64,000 nucleotides of DNA. Source: Sphyrna mokarran (lineage: Eukaryota). The stretch covers positions 36,642,001-36,706,000 of the forward strand of contig JAGIQG010000003.1 of assembly GCA_024679065.1 (NCBI GenBank). Direction: 5' to 3'. The notes under the pieces were generated by a model, which saw nothing but the letters and a program-made list of their open reading frames with translations, was not told the origin of the DNA and made no database searches. Positions 11,687 to 25,349 of the stretch are shown here, in pieces. The position numbers were made by a program, and so were the translations under genes. The stretch's first letter is position 1. Each line of letters opens with the position of its first letter.

Positions 11687-12178
11687 AGAAGCTAGAAGCA
11701 GGAGTAGGCCATTCAGCCAGTTGAGCGTGCTCTGCCATTCATTTTGATCATGGCTGATCATATATTCGTAGAAGCCCTACGGTGCAGATGGAAGCCATTC
11801 GGCCCAACAAGTTTGTATTGATTACAATTCCATCCAGGCCCTATCCCTAAACCCTATGCATTTACTCTAGTTAGTTCCCGTGATATTAAGGGATAATTTA
11901 ACCAATCCTAACCTGCACATCTTTGGACTTTGGGAGGAAACTGGATCTAATCATCAAATTCAATATCTTGATTTCCCTGCCCCACTATATCCTTTGGTCC
12001 CTCTAGCTCCTGGAGCTGTATCTAATTTTGTCTTGAAATTGGACAACACTTTGGCCTCAACTATATTCTGTGACAGTAAATTCCACACACTCGCCACCCT
12101 CTGGGAAAAGAAACTCCTCCTCACCTTAGTTCTAAAAGATTCATCCCTATGAATCAGACTATGACCCCTTGTCCTGGA
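11687..12178 (-). mobile_element. CR1 3' fragment with nested HE1-type SINE piece (about 11768-11945)
   Basis: Reverse CR1 tail AGCAGGAGTAGGCCATTCAGCC...TGATCATGGCTGATCA, interrupted by a reverse SINE (CACATCTTTGGACTTTGGGAGGAAAC), then CR1 resumes. Confidence 0.75.
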
Positions 12179-13414
12179 TATGATTTGTACATTGACAAAA
12201 TACCTCCTGAGGTTCAGTTTTCTGTAGGAGTGGCAATCTCAACAGTTTGAACAGCAGTCCCGAAAAGCAGAATATTTAAATGGTGAATAACACAACACAT
12301 CTTTTATTATTATGATGAATATTAGTTTACCTAAGATTTTAGGTTTTGTTTGCATTACTGTGCTCATTTAGGTCCATGTACATGGTCAGTCATATTCATG
12401 TGTATATTGATCCAACTTTTTCCATTCAAAATCATGTGGCAGAGATTTCCTCTCTATTCATAAGGCTGTAAAGTGCAATCAATTCTGGCCTAGCCAACAA
12501 TATCCTGCAAATGAATAAAAAAAAATTGTAATTTATAAATTCAAATTTTTATCTTAAATTATTGAATCTAGCACAATCTATTACTAGGTGGTATTTAATG
12601 CTGTTGACATTGGACTTTCCTTTCAGCCGTACAGTAAATGAAAATTAAAAGCAATTCAAATTGGTAAAGGATAGAAGTTGTCATGGAACACAGGTGCAGA
12701 TGAAAGTGTCCCTTGATAGTTGTGTTGCTGTGGCAGGATATTGTGGGAATTGTAATGCTAAAGCAGCTTGAACTCCAAGCAGTCATTTTGTGAGTTCACT
12801 TGGGATTTTCAGCAGTGTTTGTTTTCCACTCTACGTCCACCTTACTCGTACCACTGCTGTAATTCTAAGACGCCAACAACCGAATAACGCCTTCCCCAAA
12901 GCACCATTCTTCATTGTGTCAATGTCTAGGCAGTAAATAATTGCAGCTTTTTTTTTAATCATGGGAAGCGTCACAAGCAAGCCCAGTCTTGTCCTGTTCT
13001 AATGAATAAGAATGTTTCGGCAGATATCAACGGATACTGAACAGGCATGAGATTGCAGGTTGATTTCCCCACTTCCCTCAGCCTGTAGGACAATGAGGCC
13101 AAACATAATAGGGTAGCACTGTGGAAGGATGGAACAAAGACCAATGCCAAAGGCAGGGAATTCTAATTGGGTAGTTTCCATGACCATGGCCTGGGATACA
13201 ATGCATTGTGGAGCATCAGGAAGAAGAGGTGTAATGGTTTCAAGGATGGCATGTGTAAAGTGCATCTTGATGATCATGGCCATACCCTGGCAGGTCAGTA
13301 AGTTTTTGCAAATGTTTATTGACAGATTTCCCATTATCCAGCCGTCAGAGTTTCATTTTGTATATTTTGACCCCTTGAAGAAACTGTAAACCAAAATAAC
13401 CAGATATACTAAAC

Positions 13415-13665
13415 AAAGTTTTTAAAGTTTATTTATTAGTGTCACAAGTAAGCCTGCATTAATGCTGCAGTGAAGTTACTGTGAAAATCCCCTAGTTGCC
13501 ACACCCTGGCATTTGTTCAGGTACATTGAGGGAGAATTTATCATGGCCAATGCACTAAACTCGCACATCTTTCGGACCGTGGGAGGAAACCTGAGCACCC
13601 GGAGGAAAACCACACAGGAAGAACGTGCAGTCTCGGCACAGACACTGACCCAAGCCTGGAATCCT
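13415..13665 (-). mobile_element. HE1/V-SINE-type SINE (tail type B)
   Basis: AAAGTTTATTTATTAGTGTCACAAGT...GTGGGAGGAAACC-GAGCACCCGGAGGAAA. Confidence 0.85.
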
Positions 13666-15101
13666 AAATACAGAAAATATCATCAAGATTTCACTTTTTG
13701 TAACTTCTGTTTCAGCACAATTCAGTACGAATGCAAATCAACCATGGATAAAGGCAAATGATACTTGTAATAAAAAGGTAACCTTCACTTCAAATAGTCA
13801 ATACAGGAAAGATGCATCTTCTACAACCGCAAGCCCATGGCACAAAACGTTTTCTAATTTAGTCTTTTAGTACACAGGATCTCTAGCTTAGTTAATTTCA
13901 TCCACAAGTCACCCTCACTGGCAGCCATATTCCATCCAAATCCAAGTTCTTTTGAAACACTCGTCACCTGAATGTTACAGGATCCAACAGTATCTCCTTG
14001 TTAAGTTCACAACAGTTTTAATCGCAAAGGCTTTCTGAATGCTCCTTTATCCATCCCTTTACAAACCCTGTCATATAGTCTGTTCGGATTTGGCAAAACT
14101 GAAGCAGCTGCAGTAAAATCATTCAATTCACAATCTCTGATTAGTCCTATCTTCAGATTTTTGTCCTATTTAATTGTATCACACACATATACAAAGCTCT
14201 TTGTAATTGTGACTTGTCTGTTCATCCCTCTGTCTTAACTTTCCTTTGTCTACAGCTTGTCTTTGTGTCTGCCAGCTACATTGCTTTCCTCTTGGTACTG
14301 CTTCCAGGTCACGTGGATCAGTATTTCTTATTGTTCAAGAAAATCATAATTGATCCCATTACAAATGATGTGATTTCTTAAAAGTCTTTCAAAAATATTC
14401 TTCAAACTACTTTGATTTCTGATATTTTAAATAAATCACATTTTATTCTCCTTATGTACTGCTTCGCAGGTCATCACAGTAGTGTCTTCAGTCAGAAAGG
14501 TATCCCAATTGTGCCTGTAACAGCATAAACTGCAACAAGCCCTGAACTAATTAGATGCCTCCTCTCCAAACCCACATACATCAGCAAGGTCATCGTGATG
14601 GGATTTCAACATCAATGTCACTAACACTAACCTAGCTAGTTTCAACTAAACCACTAAAAGTACTGTTGACACTTATGATCTTCCTGGTCGAGCATGCCTC
14701 AGTGTCACAACAACTGTTGTATTTAAGTACTAAATGTTCAGAAACTCTGTGACTTTATCAAGCATTCCCTGCCCGACAAGGCAAATTAATGTATTTTTAA
14801 TGAGAAGCAGCATTGCAGAAGGAGCAAAGTTCAAGATTTTCCATCTAATTAAATGAATAGACCTCAGAGGCATTTCTGTTTGGCAATGTACATACTGGGG
14901 CAGAGAATTGGCCCTAACAATAAATATTGGCATCATTTTGAGAGTTATCTTGAATCTAGCAGTATGTCCAAAATTAAATGCATGGTTGACATTATAATTA
15001 GATTCCAAAGGGTCAGAAGAGTCTCTACTGAACAATCTGTCATTGTAATCAAAATAAAGTATGGGAGAGGATTGTCATGTTAACTCAAGAATTAAGTTTT
15101 A

Positions 15102-15380
15102 GATAGCACAAGTGGTTAGCATTGCTGCTTCACAGCACCAGGGACCTGAGTTCGATTCCTGGCTTGGGTCACAGTCTGTGTGAAGTTTGCATGTTCTCCC
15201 CGTGTTTGTTTGTGTGGGTTTCCTCTGAGTGCTCCAGTTTCCTCCCACGTTCTGAAAATGTGCTGGTTAGGCGCATTGACGCGAACAGACGCCAGACTGT
15301 GGCAACTAAGGGAATTTCACAGTGACTTCATTGCAGTGTTAATGTAAGCCTTACTTGTCACTAATAAATAAACTTTTTTT
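15102..15380 (+). mobile_element. HE1/V-SINE-type SINE (tail type B)
   Basis: AGTGGTTAGCATTGCTGC head, GAGTTCGATTCC B box, V-domain, tail ...CTTGTCACTAATAAATAAAC. Confidence 0.85.
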
Positions 15381-16284
15381 TTTAGTCTCAGTCGTCTACT
15401 TAGTTTCTGATCATGGAGCCTAAAAAGGAGCACTAAATAAGCATTGTTAGTACAAAGCATGGAGTTAATCATCAAACCAAATCCATTTGTGCAAGTAATT
15501 TCACAGAAAATCATTTCTGTTCAACCTAAATTATAGATGAACTTTGAATTTTCCCAGAGGTGATGGAGTAGTGCTAGGAACAGTCATGTCTAATCCATTA
15601 TCGGCTCCCTATCACCTTTCTCATCACCTGTGCCCCGTGCCTGCAAAATAGGTGAACCGTGTGGGGAAAGAAAGCTCGGGGTGAATATGCGTGGCCCATA
15701 TTTTTCAGATAGTAATGACAGCAAAGCTGCAACTTCAAGTGTCCACTGAGTGGTTAAACATAGAACTCCAATAAATGCTGTTAGTGAATCTACATTTCTC
15801 CATAGGGTGCTCTGTTGAAATCAATTAGAAATGGCAGTGCTGAAGAGAACTTGTCCTTCTACAAAAGCACTGTCAACATATATTCTGTAATATAGCTTTT
15901 AAAAAAATCTGTGCCGTCTTAATGCAGTATATTTGTTTTAAATTGTATATTAATTCGATTAGTAACTTCTCTGGTTCTCGGAAACTAATTCAGAATTAGT
16001 TTTATGTCATTTTTTTCCATTCTGCTAATTCTAAATTTTTTTTGAAAGTGTTTGGATTACATACATCCAAAGCTAAAAACAGTTGTTTTGCTCTCTGTAA
16101 AATGAATAAATAAGTGAAGATTAATCAGTGTGCTTTACTTTCTGATTTTCTAATGGTGAGAATCCTTCAATGTGATTTGCTGCTAACCTGGTTTGATAAC
16201 ACATGGCTGAATGCCTGAAGATCCCCTTGCTACCACATTCAAATCAACATCAGTGAATTGAAATCCATGCCATACAGATCACTA

Positions 16285-16710
16285 GCTTTTTATTAATTTG
16301 TGGGACATGGACATTGCTGGCTGGCCAGCATTTATCACCCCCATCTCTAGTTGCCCTTGGACTGGGTGACTTGCTAGGTTATTTCAGAGAGCAGTTGAGA
16401 AACAGAAACATCGCTGAGGCTTTGGGGTCACGTAGGCCAGACCAGGTAAAGTCAGCAGTTTTCCTCCCCTAAAGGATGTTAGACATTTGTGGGCAACTTT
16501 CTCATGGTCACCAATAAGTGCCATCCCTTTGGAACGAATTATATTTATTTATAATTTGTTCATGGAATGTGGGCAGTACTGACTGGGCCACCATTTGTTG
16601 CCTATCCTGAATTGTCCAGAGTAGCTTGCTGGGCCATTTCGGAGGGCATTCAAAAATTGATCAGTGGGGGTCTGGAATCACATGTAGGTTGCTAGCCCAA
16701 ATGAGGCCAA
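16285..16710 (-). mobile_element. Two tandem fragments of the second tRNA-SINE family
   Basis: Twice: GGGA/GGAATGTGGGC-like...GGCCA(G/C)CATTT...TTGCT(A/G)GG...CA(C)ATGTAGG, matching 55479-55850. Confidence 0.7.
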
Positions 16711-17461
16711 ACATAACAGGATGGCCACCAAAGTCATCCAAGCCAAAAGGGCCAATTAGACAGAAAGCTGCCATCAATATGGACCTGAGAAGAGCATTTA
16801 AAATAAGTGATGGAGAAAGGAAAATAAGAAATAGTGCACCAATTGTGACTTCAGTATCAAACATTTTGTCAATATATTAATTTTTATTATAATCATGTTT
16901 ACAGTGTTTATTGAAGCAATAGCCCTTGAATATGTGCCTCAGCCCTCAACTTTCTGGGGACATCTCATCAAACCACCCCCTCCCCACACCCCACCACCCC
17001 CAACCAAGTATTTGCTTGAACCCAGGCTAACCTTGTGCAAGCACTTCCTTCATGTAACATCATCACACTCTTATACCTCCACCCCACTGCTCCATTTAAC
17101 CCTCACCACCTATTGCACTTGCACTTGCCCTCAGTTTGCACCCTGGGAGTCCACCACAAGTCCCTCCCTGTGAACCCCCCCAACCCCCAATGCCCACTCA
17201 GACCTGCAGAGCCCCTGCCATGGCTTTGTTCATTCTGTTGTTCCTTCTGACTCCCTGAGAACACCACCCTCCCCCCCCCCCCCACATTCCCTAAGATATC
17301 CTCTTTCCCCAACACCCTCAATTGCTGCCTCCTAGATCTCAATCCCAGCTGCACCTCTTCATTCCTCTCCTCATGGTCTTTCAAACAAACCAATTCTGAC
17401 CTGCCGACAATACCTCCTGTAGTCTTCCAGCTAGAACTAAACCATGGGTGTCTGGGTGAAG

Positions 17462-18412
17462 CTATGGACTTTAGTAAGGTGTTTGATAAGGTCCCCCATG
17501 CAAGGCTTCTGGAGAAGGTGAGAGGGCATGGGATCCAAAGGGCTTTAGCCTCGTGGATCCAGAACTGGCTTGCCGGCAGAAGGCAGAATGTTGTTGTGGA
17601 TGGTCTTGTTCTGCATGGAAGTCGGTAATCAGTGGAGTGCCCCAGGGATCTGTTCTGGGACCCCTGCTGTTTGTCATTTTCATAAATGACCTGGATGAGG
17701 AATTGGAGGGATGGGTTAGCAAGTTCGCCGACGATACAAAGGTATGTTGTGGATGGTCTGGAGGGATGCCAAAAGTTGCAGCGGGACATAGACAGGATGC
17801 AAGACTGGGCGGAGAAGTGGCAGATGGACTTCAACGCAGATAAATGTGTAGTGGTCCATTTTGACAGGAATAATGGGATGAAGGAGTACAATATAAGGGG
17901 TAGGAGTCTTAGCTGTATTGTAGAGCAGAAGGATCTCGGGGTCCGGGTCCATAGACACTTAAATTGGCCTCGCAGGTGGAGGAAGTGGTCAAGAAGGCGT
18001 ACGGTGTATTGGCCTTCATTAATCGACAAATAGAGTTTAGGAGTCAGGAGGTAATGATGCAGCTCTATAAGACTCTTGTCAGACCCCAGTTGGAGTATTG
18101 TGCGCAGTTCTGGTCGCCTTATTATAGGAAGGATGTAGAGGCTATTGAGAGGTTCAGAGGAGATTTACAAGGATGCTGCCTAGATTGGGAGGCAGGTCTT
18201 ATGAAGATAGGTTGAGGGAGCTGGGACTCTTCTTACTGAGAGACGTAGGTTGAGAGGCGACCTGATAGAGGTTTATAAAATGTTGAGAGGAATAGATAGG
18301 GTAGACTCTCGGAGACTATTTCCCCGAGCTGAAATGGTCACTACGAGAGGACACAGATTTAAGGTGCAGGGAAGCAAATACAAAGGAGATGTCAGGGGTA
18401 GGTTTTTCACTG
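17462..18412 (+). mobile_element. CR1 LINE ORF2 RT domain, frameshifted and truncated at both ends
   Basis: [63 protein letters not shown]. Confidence 0.95.
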
Positions 18413-20089
18413 AGGGTTTCCTCCAGACGCTCTAGTTTCCTCCCACAGTCCAAAGATGTAGAGGGTAGATGGATTATCCATCCCATCATGGGGGCAGGGG
18501 CACATGAGAAAATTTCACCTTTTTGTGTTTTACTGTCAACAGTAGACTGAACATATACTGGTGGCAAATATCTTCAGCAGTTAATTGCAATCATTCCAGT
18601 TTCTAGATGCCCATTTGTCAGAATGATAAATGTCTTGAATATAAAAATGGAACAGATAAGGGTATTAACGGCCGAACTATTAGGTTTGCTGTTGACGTGT
18701 TGAGGAAAAAAATGTGTAAGAAGGCTGAACTTGAAGGAGAAGTTCAGACATTGGACTAATGATTGATGACTACGTTTAACTTGTCTAACTCTGATCTGAA
18801 TACCTGGAAATTCGGTGACACTGTGCTTATTTTACACATACAAAACATGAATTCCCTGCTTCCTTCTCAATTGCTCAGTCACTCTCCCAGTAACTTTATC
18901 CCACAAAATAACTGCTTCCCCCTCCCCCCTCCCGACTTTTCCAACATCAAGCTGAGAAGTGTAACTGATGATAACAGTGGCCAACAATTCAAAATGTTTG
19001 TTAGTGTGCTGCTTGCAGACATCTGACAAGCTTCTCATGTGCCTGATCTCATTTTTAATGTATTGACAAGAAAATTAATTTCAATAGCAATCTATCTTGC
19101 TGAAGGTAGGTGTAAATGCATTTTGTAAAATCTCAGCAAGTCAGCTAAATATAAGACAAGCATCGCGTGAAGCTGTACAGTCTGAATTCTAGAGTCCAAG
19201 TCTAAAAATTTTGTGATGAATCAAATCGTTGTTTAAGTGAGACCATTTACCGAATATTACGTTCAGATTTAGCCTTAGAGGGATAGTGTTGCCTAAGAAG
19301 ATTTCCAGAAGGAAGTAACCAAATGGATTCCATAGTAGGATGAAGAAATCCCCCAAAACTTATTTTCTAGTAGCAAAATGAAAAGCATAATTAAAAAAAA
19401 AGTTTCTAAAATAAAAACAAAATAAGGTTATATACAAATTAGAGAAAAGTAGAGTATTTGTAATAAATTAGGGGTGTCTGGCAAATTTCTTTCAAAAGTA
19501 AAAAAATCATTATTTAAGCAAATATGTAGAAGAAACTTTTTATGTTTAATTTTTGGAACAAGCTGTAACCTCTTGCAGTGAGAAAACTTCTTATGGAAGA
19601 GAACTGAACAAATTTACGTTGCGGAAGGAAGATAATGGATCTAATAAGCCTAGATCTAGCGCAATGTCACCATAATGATATAAATGAGCTGACGTTTGGG
19701 TATATGGGGAATTGGAATATATCAATGACTAGAAATGGGAATAATAGCATTTCATTAGATTAAAAAAGCTTAATAGGTTGAGTCATATTTGATTTCACAT
19801 TATTAGATTCTAATAAATATTCATGAAATTAATATCCATTGTGAGTTTTAACAAATGAGGCTAAAATTTGTTGCTTATATTGCCTTTAAGAATGTAGTGA
19901 TGAATGATTTTCTTGAACTACTGAAGGCCTTGTCGTAATGATACACGCACAGTGCTGTTAGGAAAAAAAATGGTTCATGTGAGCCCACTGCTTTCTGACT
20001 TAGAGATTCCCAGTCCTGATTCTAGTTTCACTCTCCCCATCTCCAAATTCTTACCTTTAAAAATCTTGGCTTCTCCAATTCCAGTTTGT

Positions 20090-20245
20090 TGGATGCATTG
20101 GCTATGCTAAATTGTCCCTTAGTGTCACAGGGACTAGCTGGAGTAAATGTGTCGAGTTATGGGGAAAGGGCCTGGGTGGGATTGTGGTCGGTACAGACTC
20201 GATGGGCCGAATGGCCTTCTTCCGCACTGTAGCTATTCTATGATG
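20090..20245 (+). mobile_element. HE1-type SINE 3' part (CR1-like tail A)
   Basis: CATTGGCTATGCTAAATTGTCCCTTAGTG...GATGGGCCGAATGGCCTTCTTCCGCACTGTAG. Confidence 0.8.
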
Positions 20246-20822
20246 ATTTTTCTTTACATTACCATTGGCTAATCTTTTTCAGTTGCCTGGGCCCTAAGCT
20301 GTGACCAGAATTTTGCATACAGAGTTCAGGTGCGCATGAAATTGTGTGAGAAAATGATGTTCATCTCAATGTCATTGTGCATTTGTGTGAAATCAATTGG
20401 TGGGTACATGGGAGAGTCAAAAGCATGCCAGCCCACAATCAAGAAGCTATCTTAAATTAACTTAACATCAATTGACTGGAATTTTACATTGCCCATCTGT
20501 CTTTACAAATAACAGGCAGACTGACTGGTAAAGTGGCCTTTACATGGAAGCTGCAAACTTGATCCAGGGCAAGATTGAAAGATCAAGGCTGAAATAAAAT
20601 TAACAGATGTGTCAGGTGACTGAGGTATGATTGTGCTGCCTAGACGTTTGTGGGACAGTTGTACTGCCTATCTATTTTCACAGGTCAACAATAGCTGTCT
20701 CCCTGGGGGAGCATGTTGGAAGCACCAGCCTTCACCATCCCTTTTGTTGGTACCTAGACTGTTCACATCCTCCCCAGCAATGTTCTGCCTTTCACAGTAT
20801 GCCTTTCAAATTACTGCCTTTT

Positions 20823-21130
20823 GGGCAGCACAGTGGTTAGCACTGCTGCCTCACAGCTCCAGAGATTTTGGTTCGATTTCCAGCTTGGGTCACTGTCTGT
20901 GTGGAGTTGCACATTCTCCCAGTGTCTGGAGCATCCAAGTTTCCTCCGGATGCTGCAGTTTCCTGCCACAGACTAAAGATGTGCCAATTAGATTGATTGG
21001 CTATGCTAAATTGCCCCTTAGTATCCTGGGATGTGTAGGTTAGAGGGATTAGTAAAGTAAATGTGTGGGATTGTTGTCAGTGCAGACCCAATGGGCCAAA
21101 TGGCCTCCTTCTGCACAGTAGAGTTTCTAT
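20823..21130 (+). mobile_element. HE1/V-SINE-type SINE, full length (tail A)
   Basis: GGGCAGCACAGTGGTTAGCACTGCTGCCTCACAGC head, GGTTCGATTTCC, V-domain, CR1-like tail. Confidence 0.9.
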
Positions 21131-22559
21131 CAAACTACCTGACTGTTAATTAGCCAATGTAAAATTGTGCTTCAGGATTGACCATGGCCAGGAATGAGTT
21201 TCATGTTTGTTTTAGGACACAGTAAGTACATTCACTACGCAAGCGAAAAATTCCCCTTCTAAATCTGTCTATCCTCGGATATAATGTGCCCTTAATGCCT
21301 ACTGCTTGGACCAGTTTATTTGTCACCAACTATCCTAGCACTTTCTTAACTTATTTTGTTTGATAATGATCTTGTGAAAATTTTACTTTACGAAAGATGT
21401 TGTAAGCATCCTCCTTAACAGGGTCCAATGAAATTATTAATGTAGGTCAAAGGTGAAGCACATATGCCAACTGTGTATCACTTTAACAAAAGATACCGTA
21501 GTTATGTTACAAAATTTATAATCTAAAAATTTGGTCACACCTAAATGCATCAGCAGCCAAGCAATACTGTTTCTCTGACCTTGCAAGCCTTAAGTCGAAG
21601 AGCTGTGGATACCAGCTGGGTAAGTCTAGCAGTTCACCACTGGAGACCAATAGAATTTCAGTCCGCATGAATTGCTGCGGGTTGTTAAGTGGCAGTGGTG
21701 GTGAAATCAATCAGGGGGTGGAAAGGGCAAATCAGGACAGGGTTGATCAGGCAAGCAGGTGGCCAGCAGCACCCTGCAGTTTTCATTACACACCTGGAAA
21801 AGGGAACTCCTGTCAGCTCCACAATTAGATAAATATATTTTACCAAAACCTCCCCTTTAATGGATTTCTTCCTTTAAGTACCATCGACTAGGCTGCAGGT
21901 GAACTTGTTCTTCTGAATGCAGCCTGCTGAACTGGGTTTTAACACAATGTAAATTAATGCAATTAAACCATACTTTGAGTTAAGCTTTTACAGTCATAAC
22001 ATTTTACACACTAGCAACAACAAAGGAGAGTGTTCCAGCATTGTTGAATCTGAATGGAGAATGTTTTTACCAAAGGTGCTTGACCTGGAAAGGGTTGAAA
22101 CTGATACTGCATGCTAAAAACGGAAGATACCATTCTTCGATGCCAAACTGATGAGTGCAAAAAAAGCCCCAATTTATAAATAAAATTCCAACGAGACCAG
22201 TAATAATCGTGCCTGTTAATAGCAATGACCCAATTAAAGAATTGTTTGGATTTATAAGGCTCCCATCCTCCCACTTGCAAATCATCCTTCCTTCTGTCAT
22301 AAGTCCCCTGCAGAGATTCAAAATGAGTTGATATTGCTGTTACTTATGCTGTTCTGCTTTCTACTTAAAGATTAGACCAACTCACCTTTATAGGTAATTA
22401 TTATATGAATGTTTGAATAATAATCATTTAAGTTGTCACTAAACTTCCATTACTGAGCATCGTTCTAAATGGCTCAGTTGGATTAAAATCTATCTGTTCT
22501 TCAACTGAGATACATTGTTATATAAAAAAAATCTCAATTTTCTGATTTCTCTTTCTGCA

Positions 22560-23465
22560 CCCATGGCACTTAGGACTTAATTCATGGCTGGTTGTGCCTC
22601 AGTAGTTTTGCTAACTGACCTATTGCCTTCCTCGGTGTCTCCCCTTGTCTATTTGCTTCTCTAAAATCAATCTCAAAATTTCATCCTATTCCACCCTTTG
22701 TTGACCTTGCCCTTCAAGCCCACAACCTTCTTGCATCAAATCCTATTTGTCAATCCAGCAATCCTCCACCACTCTCCTTCATCCTGAAAAATTACCTCTC
22801 ACTTGCAAACAAGTATTCTTCATCCACAGATTTATTCTAACAAAATCTAGCTCACAGCTCACTACCTTTCCCCTATCCCCAAGGCATCTTACTTGAGAAA
22901 GCACTATGTCTACCAAATGATCACTGTAGCGGGAATGTATCATTCTAATTGAGATATTGCTCAGTTTTTTTTTTCCTGGCGTTACCCTTTTTCTCACTTA
23001 ATCATCACATTCCACTTTTAAGGGTTTTCTTGCCCAACACTTGCTCAAGACTCTCAAAACAAAATCATTCATCTGCCTTAATTTTCCACCAATTCTTTGA
23101 CTATCTCTGACTATCTAAAATTATACCAATATTTTGTGTCCAAAGTCAAACTTCTTTGTGTTTGGAATCACTGGTGGCTCTGGCTGACACACTTCAACAG
23201 ATTCCCAGTTCCATCGCCTGCCCTTCAATCATTAAGTTATCACAGTTGCTATTCTTTGTTCTTTCTCTCTGTTTGCTCTCAGCTTACTCAACACATCAGT
23301 GAAGCTCATTGCCTGCTTCTGTGAGGCCCTGCCAATGTAACTTGTCAATCTCAGCATCCTTATTGAGAGGTGCATGATGTCAGCAATATCCTACTTCCTT
23401 CAAAACCATTATCTCTCCCATCTCAAAAACTTCATCCACTTTTTTTCAAGCCCTATCTTAGATCT
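22560..23465 (+). mobile_element. Probable old L2-like LINE remnant
   Basis: Strongly pyrimidine-skewed degenerate block of the kind seen in sense-strand L2; no clear peptide recovered. Confidence 0.35.
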
Positions 23466-23479
23466 TCCCTTCCTTTTTG

Positions 23480-23885
23480 ACTTGCTTTATTATTGTTGCA
23501 TGTATTAATGTAGAGTGAAAAGTATTTTTTGCACACTATACAGATAAAGCATACTGTTCATAGAGAAGGAAAGGAGAGTACTGAATGTATGCATTCTTAG
23601 AGTACAGAATTTTAAATGGGTTGGTATGTGACCTCAGGCTTTTGCACCTTTTTTCTCAACGGAGGAAGATGGAAGAGAGAATATCCGAGGTGCTTAATTA
23701 CATTGGCTGTTTTGGTAAGGCAGTGGGAAGTATGGACAGAGTTAATGGATGGGAGTGATCATTTTCATGATGGATTGGGCTATATTCATGACCTTTTGTA
23801 GTTCCTTGCGGTTTTGGGCAGAGCAGGAGCCATACCAAGCTATGATACAGTCAGAAAGAATGCTTTCTATGGTGCCTCTGTTTAA
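23480..23885 (-). mobile_element. Rex1/Babar-like LINE 3' fragment
   Basis: RGTIESILSDCIIAWYGSCSAQNRKELQKVMNIAQSI matches the Rex1-type C-terminal motif (TIESILS-CITAWYG-CS); tail ...TTTTCACTCTACATTAATACATGCAACAATAATAAA. Confidence 0.8.
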
Positions 23886-24015
23886 AAAAAAAATCATCTC
23901 CGAATAAAATTCTATCCTGCAGTTTTGCTCCCGCTGCCCATTCAACTCTTTTAACCTGGCTTTTGTCTCATTCATTGTGCTGGCTGCACTAATAAAAATC
24001 ACACATTATTTTGAA

Positions 24016-24325
24016 CACGGTGGCACAGTGGTTCGACTGCAGCACCAGGGATCCAGATTCAATTCCTGGCTTGGGTTACTGACTGGAGTTTTAGCATTCT
24101 CTCCGTGTCTGTGAGAGTTTCCTCCAGGTGCTCTAGTTTCCTTCCACAATCCAAAGAGGTGCAGGTTAGGTTGACAGGTCAATTTAGCATGGCCATAGTG
24201 TCAGGGGGTTAATGTGGTAAATACGTGGTGTTACGGAAATAGGGCTTGGGTGGGATTGTAGTTGGATCAGCCTTAATGGGCTGAATGGCCTCCTGCACTG
24301 TATGAATTCTGTGATTTTTATGATC
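24016..24325 (+). mobile_element. HE1/V-SINE-type SINE (tail A)
   Basis: CACGGTGGCACAGTGGTT head, V-domain, GGGCTGAATGGCCTCCTGCACTGT tail. Confidence 0.85.
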
Positions 24326-24978
24326 TATCCTAATTTTCCTAACTCTGAGCTTTGCTTCAACACAAATGGTGGCATCAACTTCTCCCAAAAAGGAGTGAAG
24401 GCTTAAAGTGGCGCATTGGATGTGGGTTAAGTGAATTGTTTTTCTCTAAATGGTCTTGAGAGTAAAACTACTCTCTACTTTCAAAACTTTCCCCTTTGAC
24501 CGAATCCGGGATTCTTGCATCCTAGTGTTTCCATTCCCTTCCCCCACTTTCTCAATGCTATTTCTTTTTTTTGCTTAACTTGACAGCAATATTTATATAA
24601 ATGGTTGTTCTCATCGCTGTTGTCATACTTTTTCTCAATGGTTAGATAGATCTTGACTTTGTGCCTAGTACAAAATAAGTAATATTTGAAGATTGGAAGT
24701 GTTATAAAATAAATTACTGTCTTGCTGTCATTTAGTATTATTGTGCAGAGTGAAGAATTGACCCCATTGCGTCATGAATGGCAGAAACCCAAGCTAGTAG
24801 GAGAGAAAATCCTAACTTTGCTATGTTTTACAGCAGAAATGTCTGGACACAAACATATTATGAGGCTGATTTAAACTTGAGTAGTTTGTGGGAGGCATTT
24901 TGTTATCTACTGGAGGAACTAGTGAGAAGCTGTGGAGCCATTGTGAGTGTTAACATCATTTTGGTATAAATGAAGCAT

Positions 24979-25349
24979 GGGAGAGGCGATGGCCTAGTGG
25001 TATTATCATTGGACTATTAATCCAGAAACTCAGCTAATGTGCTGGGGGTCCAGGTTCAAATCCTGCCACAGCAGATGGTAAAATTTGAATTCAGTAAAAA
25101 AAAAAAATACCTGGAATTAAAAATCTACTGATGACCATGAAACCATTGTTGATTGCTGGGGAAAAACCCATGTGGTTCAATAATGTTCTTTGGGGAAGGA
25201 AATCTGCCATCCTTGCCTGGCCTGGTCTGAAAGTGACTCCTGAGCCAAAGCTATGTGCTTGACTCTCAACTGCCCACCAAGGGCACCTCAGGATGGGTAA
25301 CAAATGCTGGCCAGCCAGCGAAGCCAGTGTTTCACAAATGAATAAAAAA
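24979..25349 (+). mobile_element. Second tRNA-derived SINE family, full length
   Basis: A box TGGCCTAGTGG (24990-25000), B box GGTTCAAATCC (25053-25063), central body GGAAGGAAATCTGCCATCCTT..., tail AAATGCTGGCC...AATGAATAAAAAA. Confidence 0.85.

Noticed and set aside
17103-18029. Longest ORF (308 aa, minus strand)
   Set aside because: It is the antisense reading of the CR1 RT fragment plus a C-rich flank; no independent protein signature.
24979-25070. tRNA genes (here and at the heads of HE1-type copies)
   Set aside because: A/B boxes run straight into SINE bodies and no intact cloverleaf is visible; these are SINE heads.
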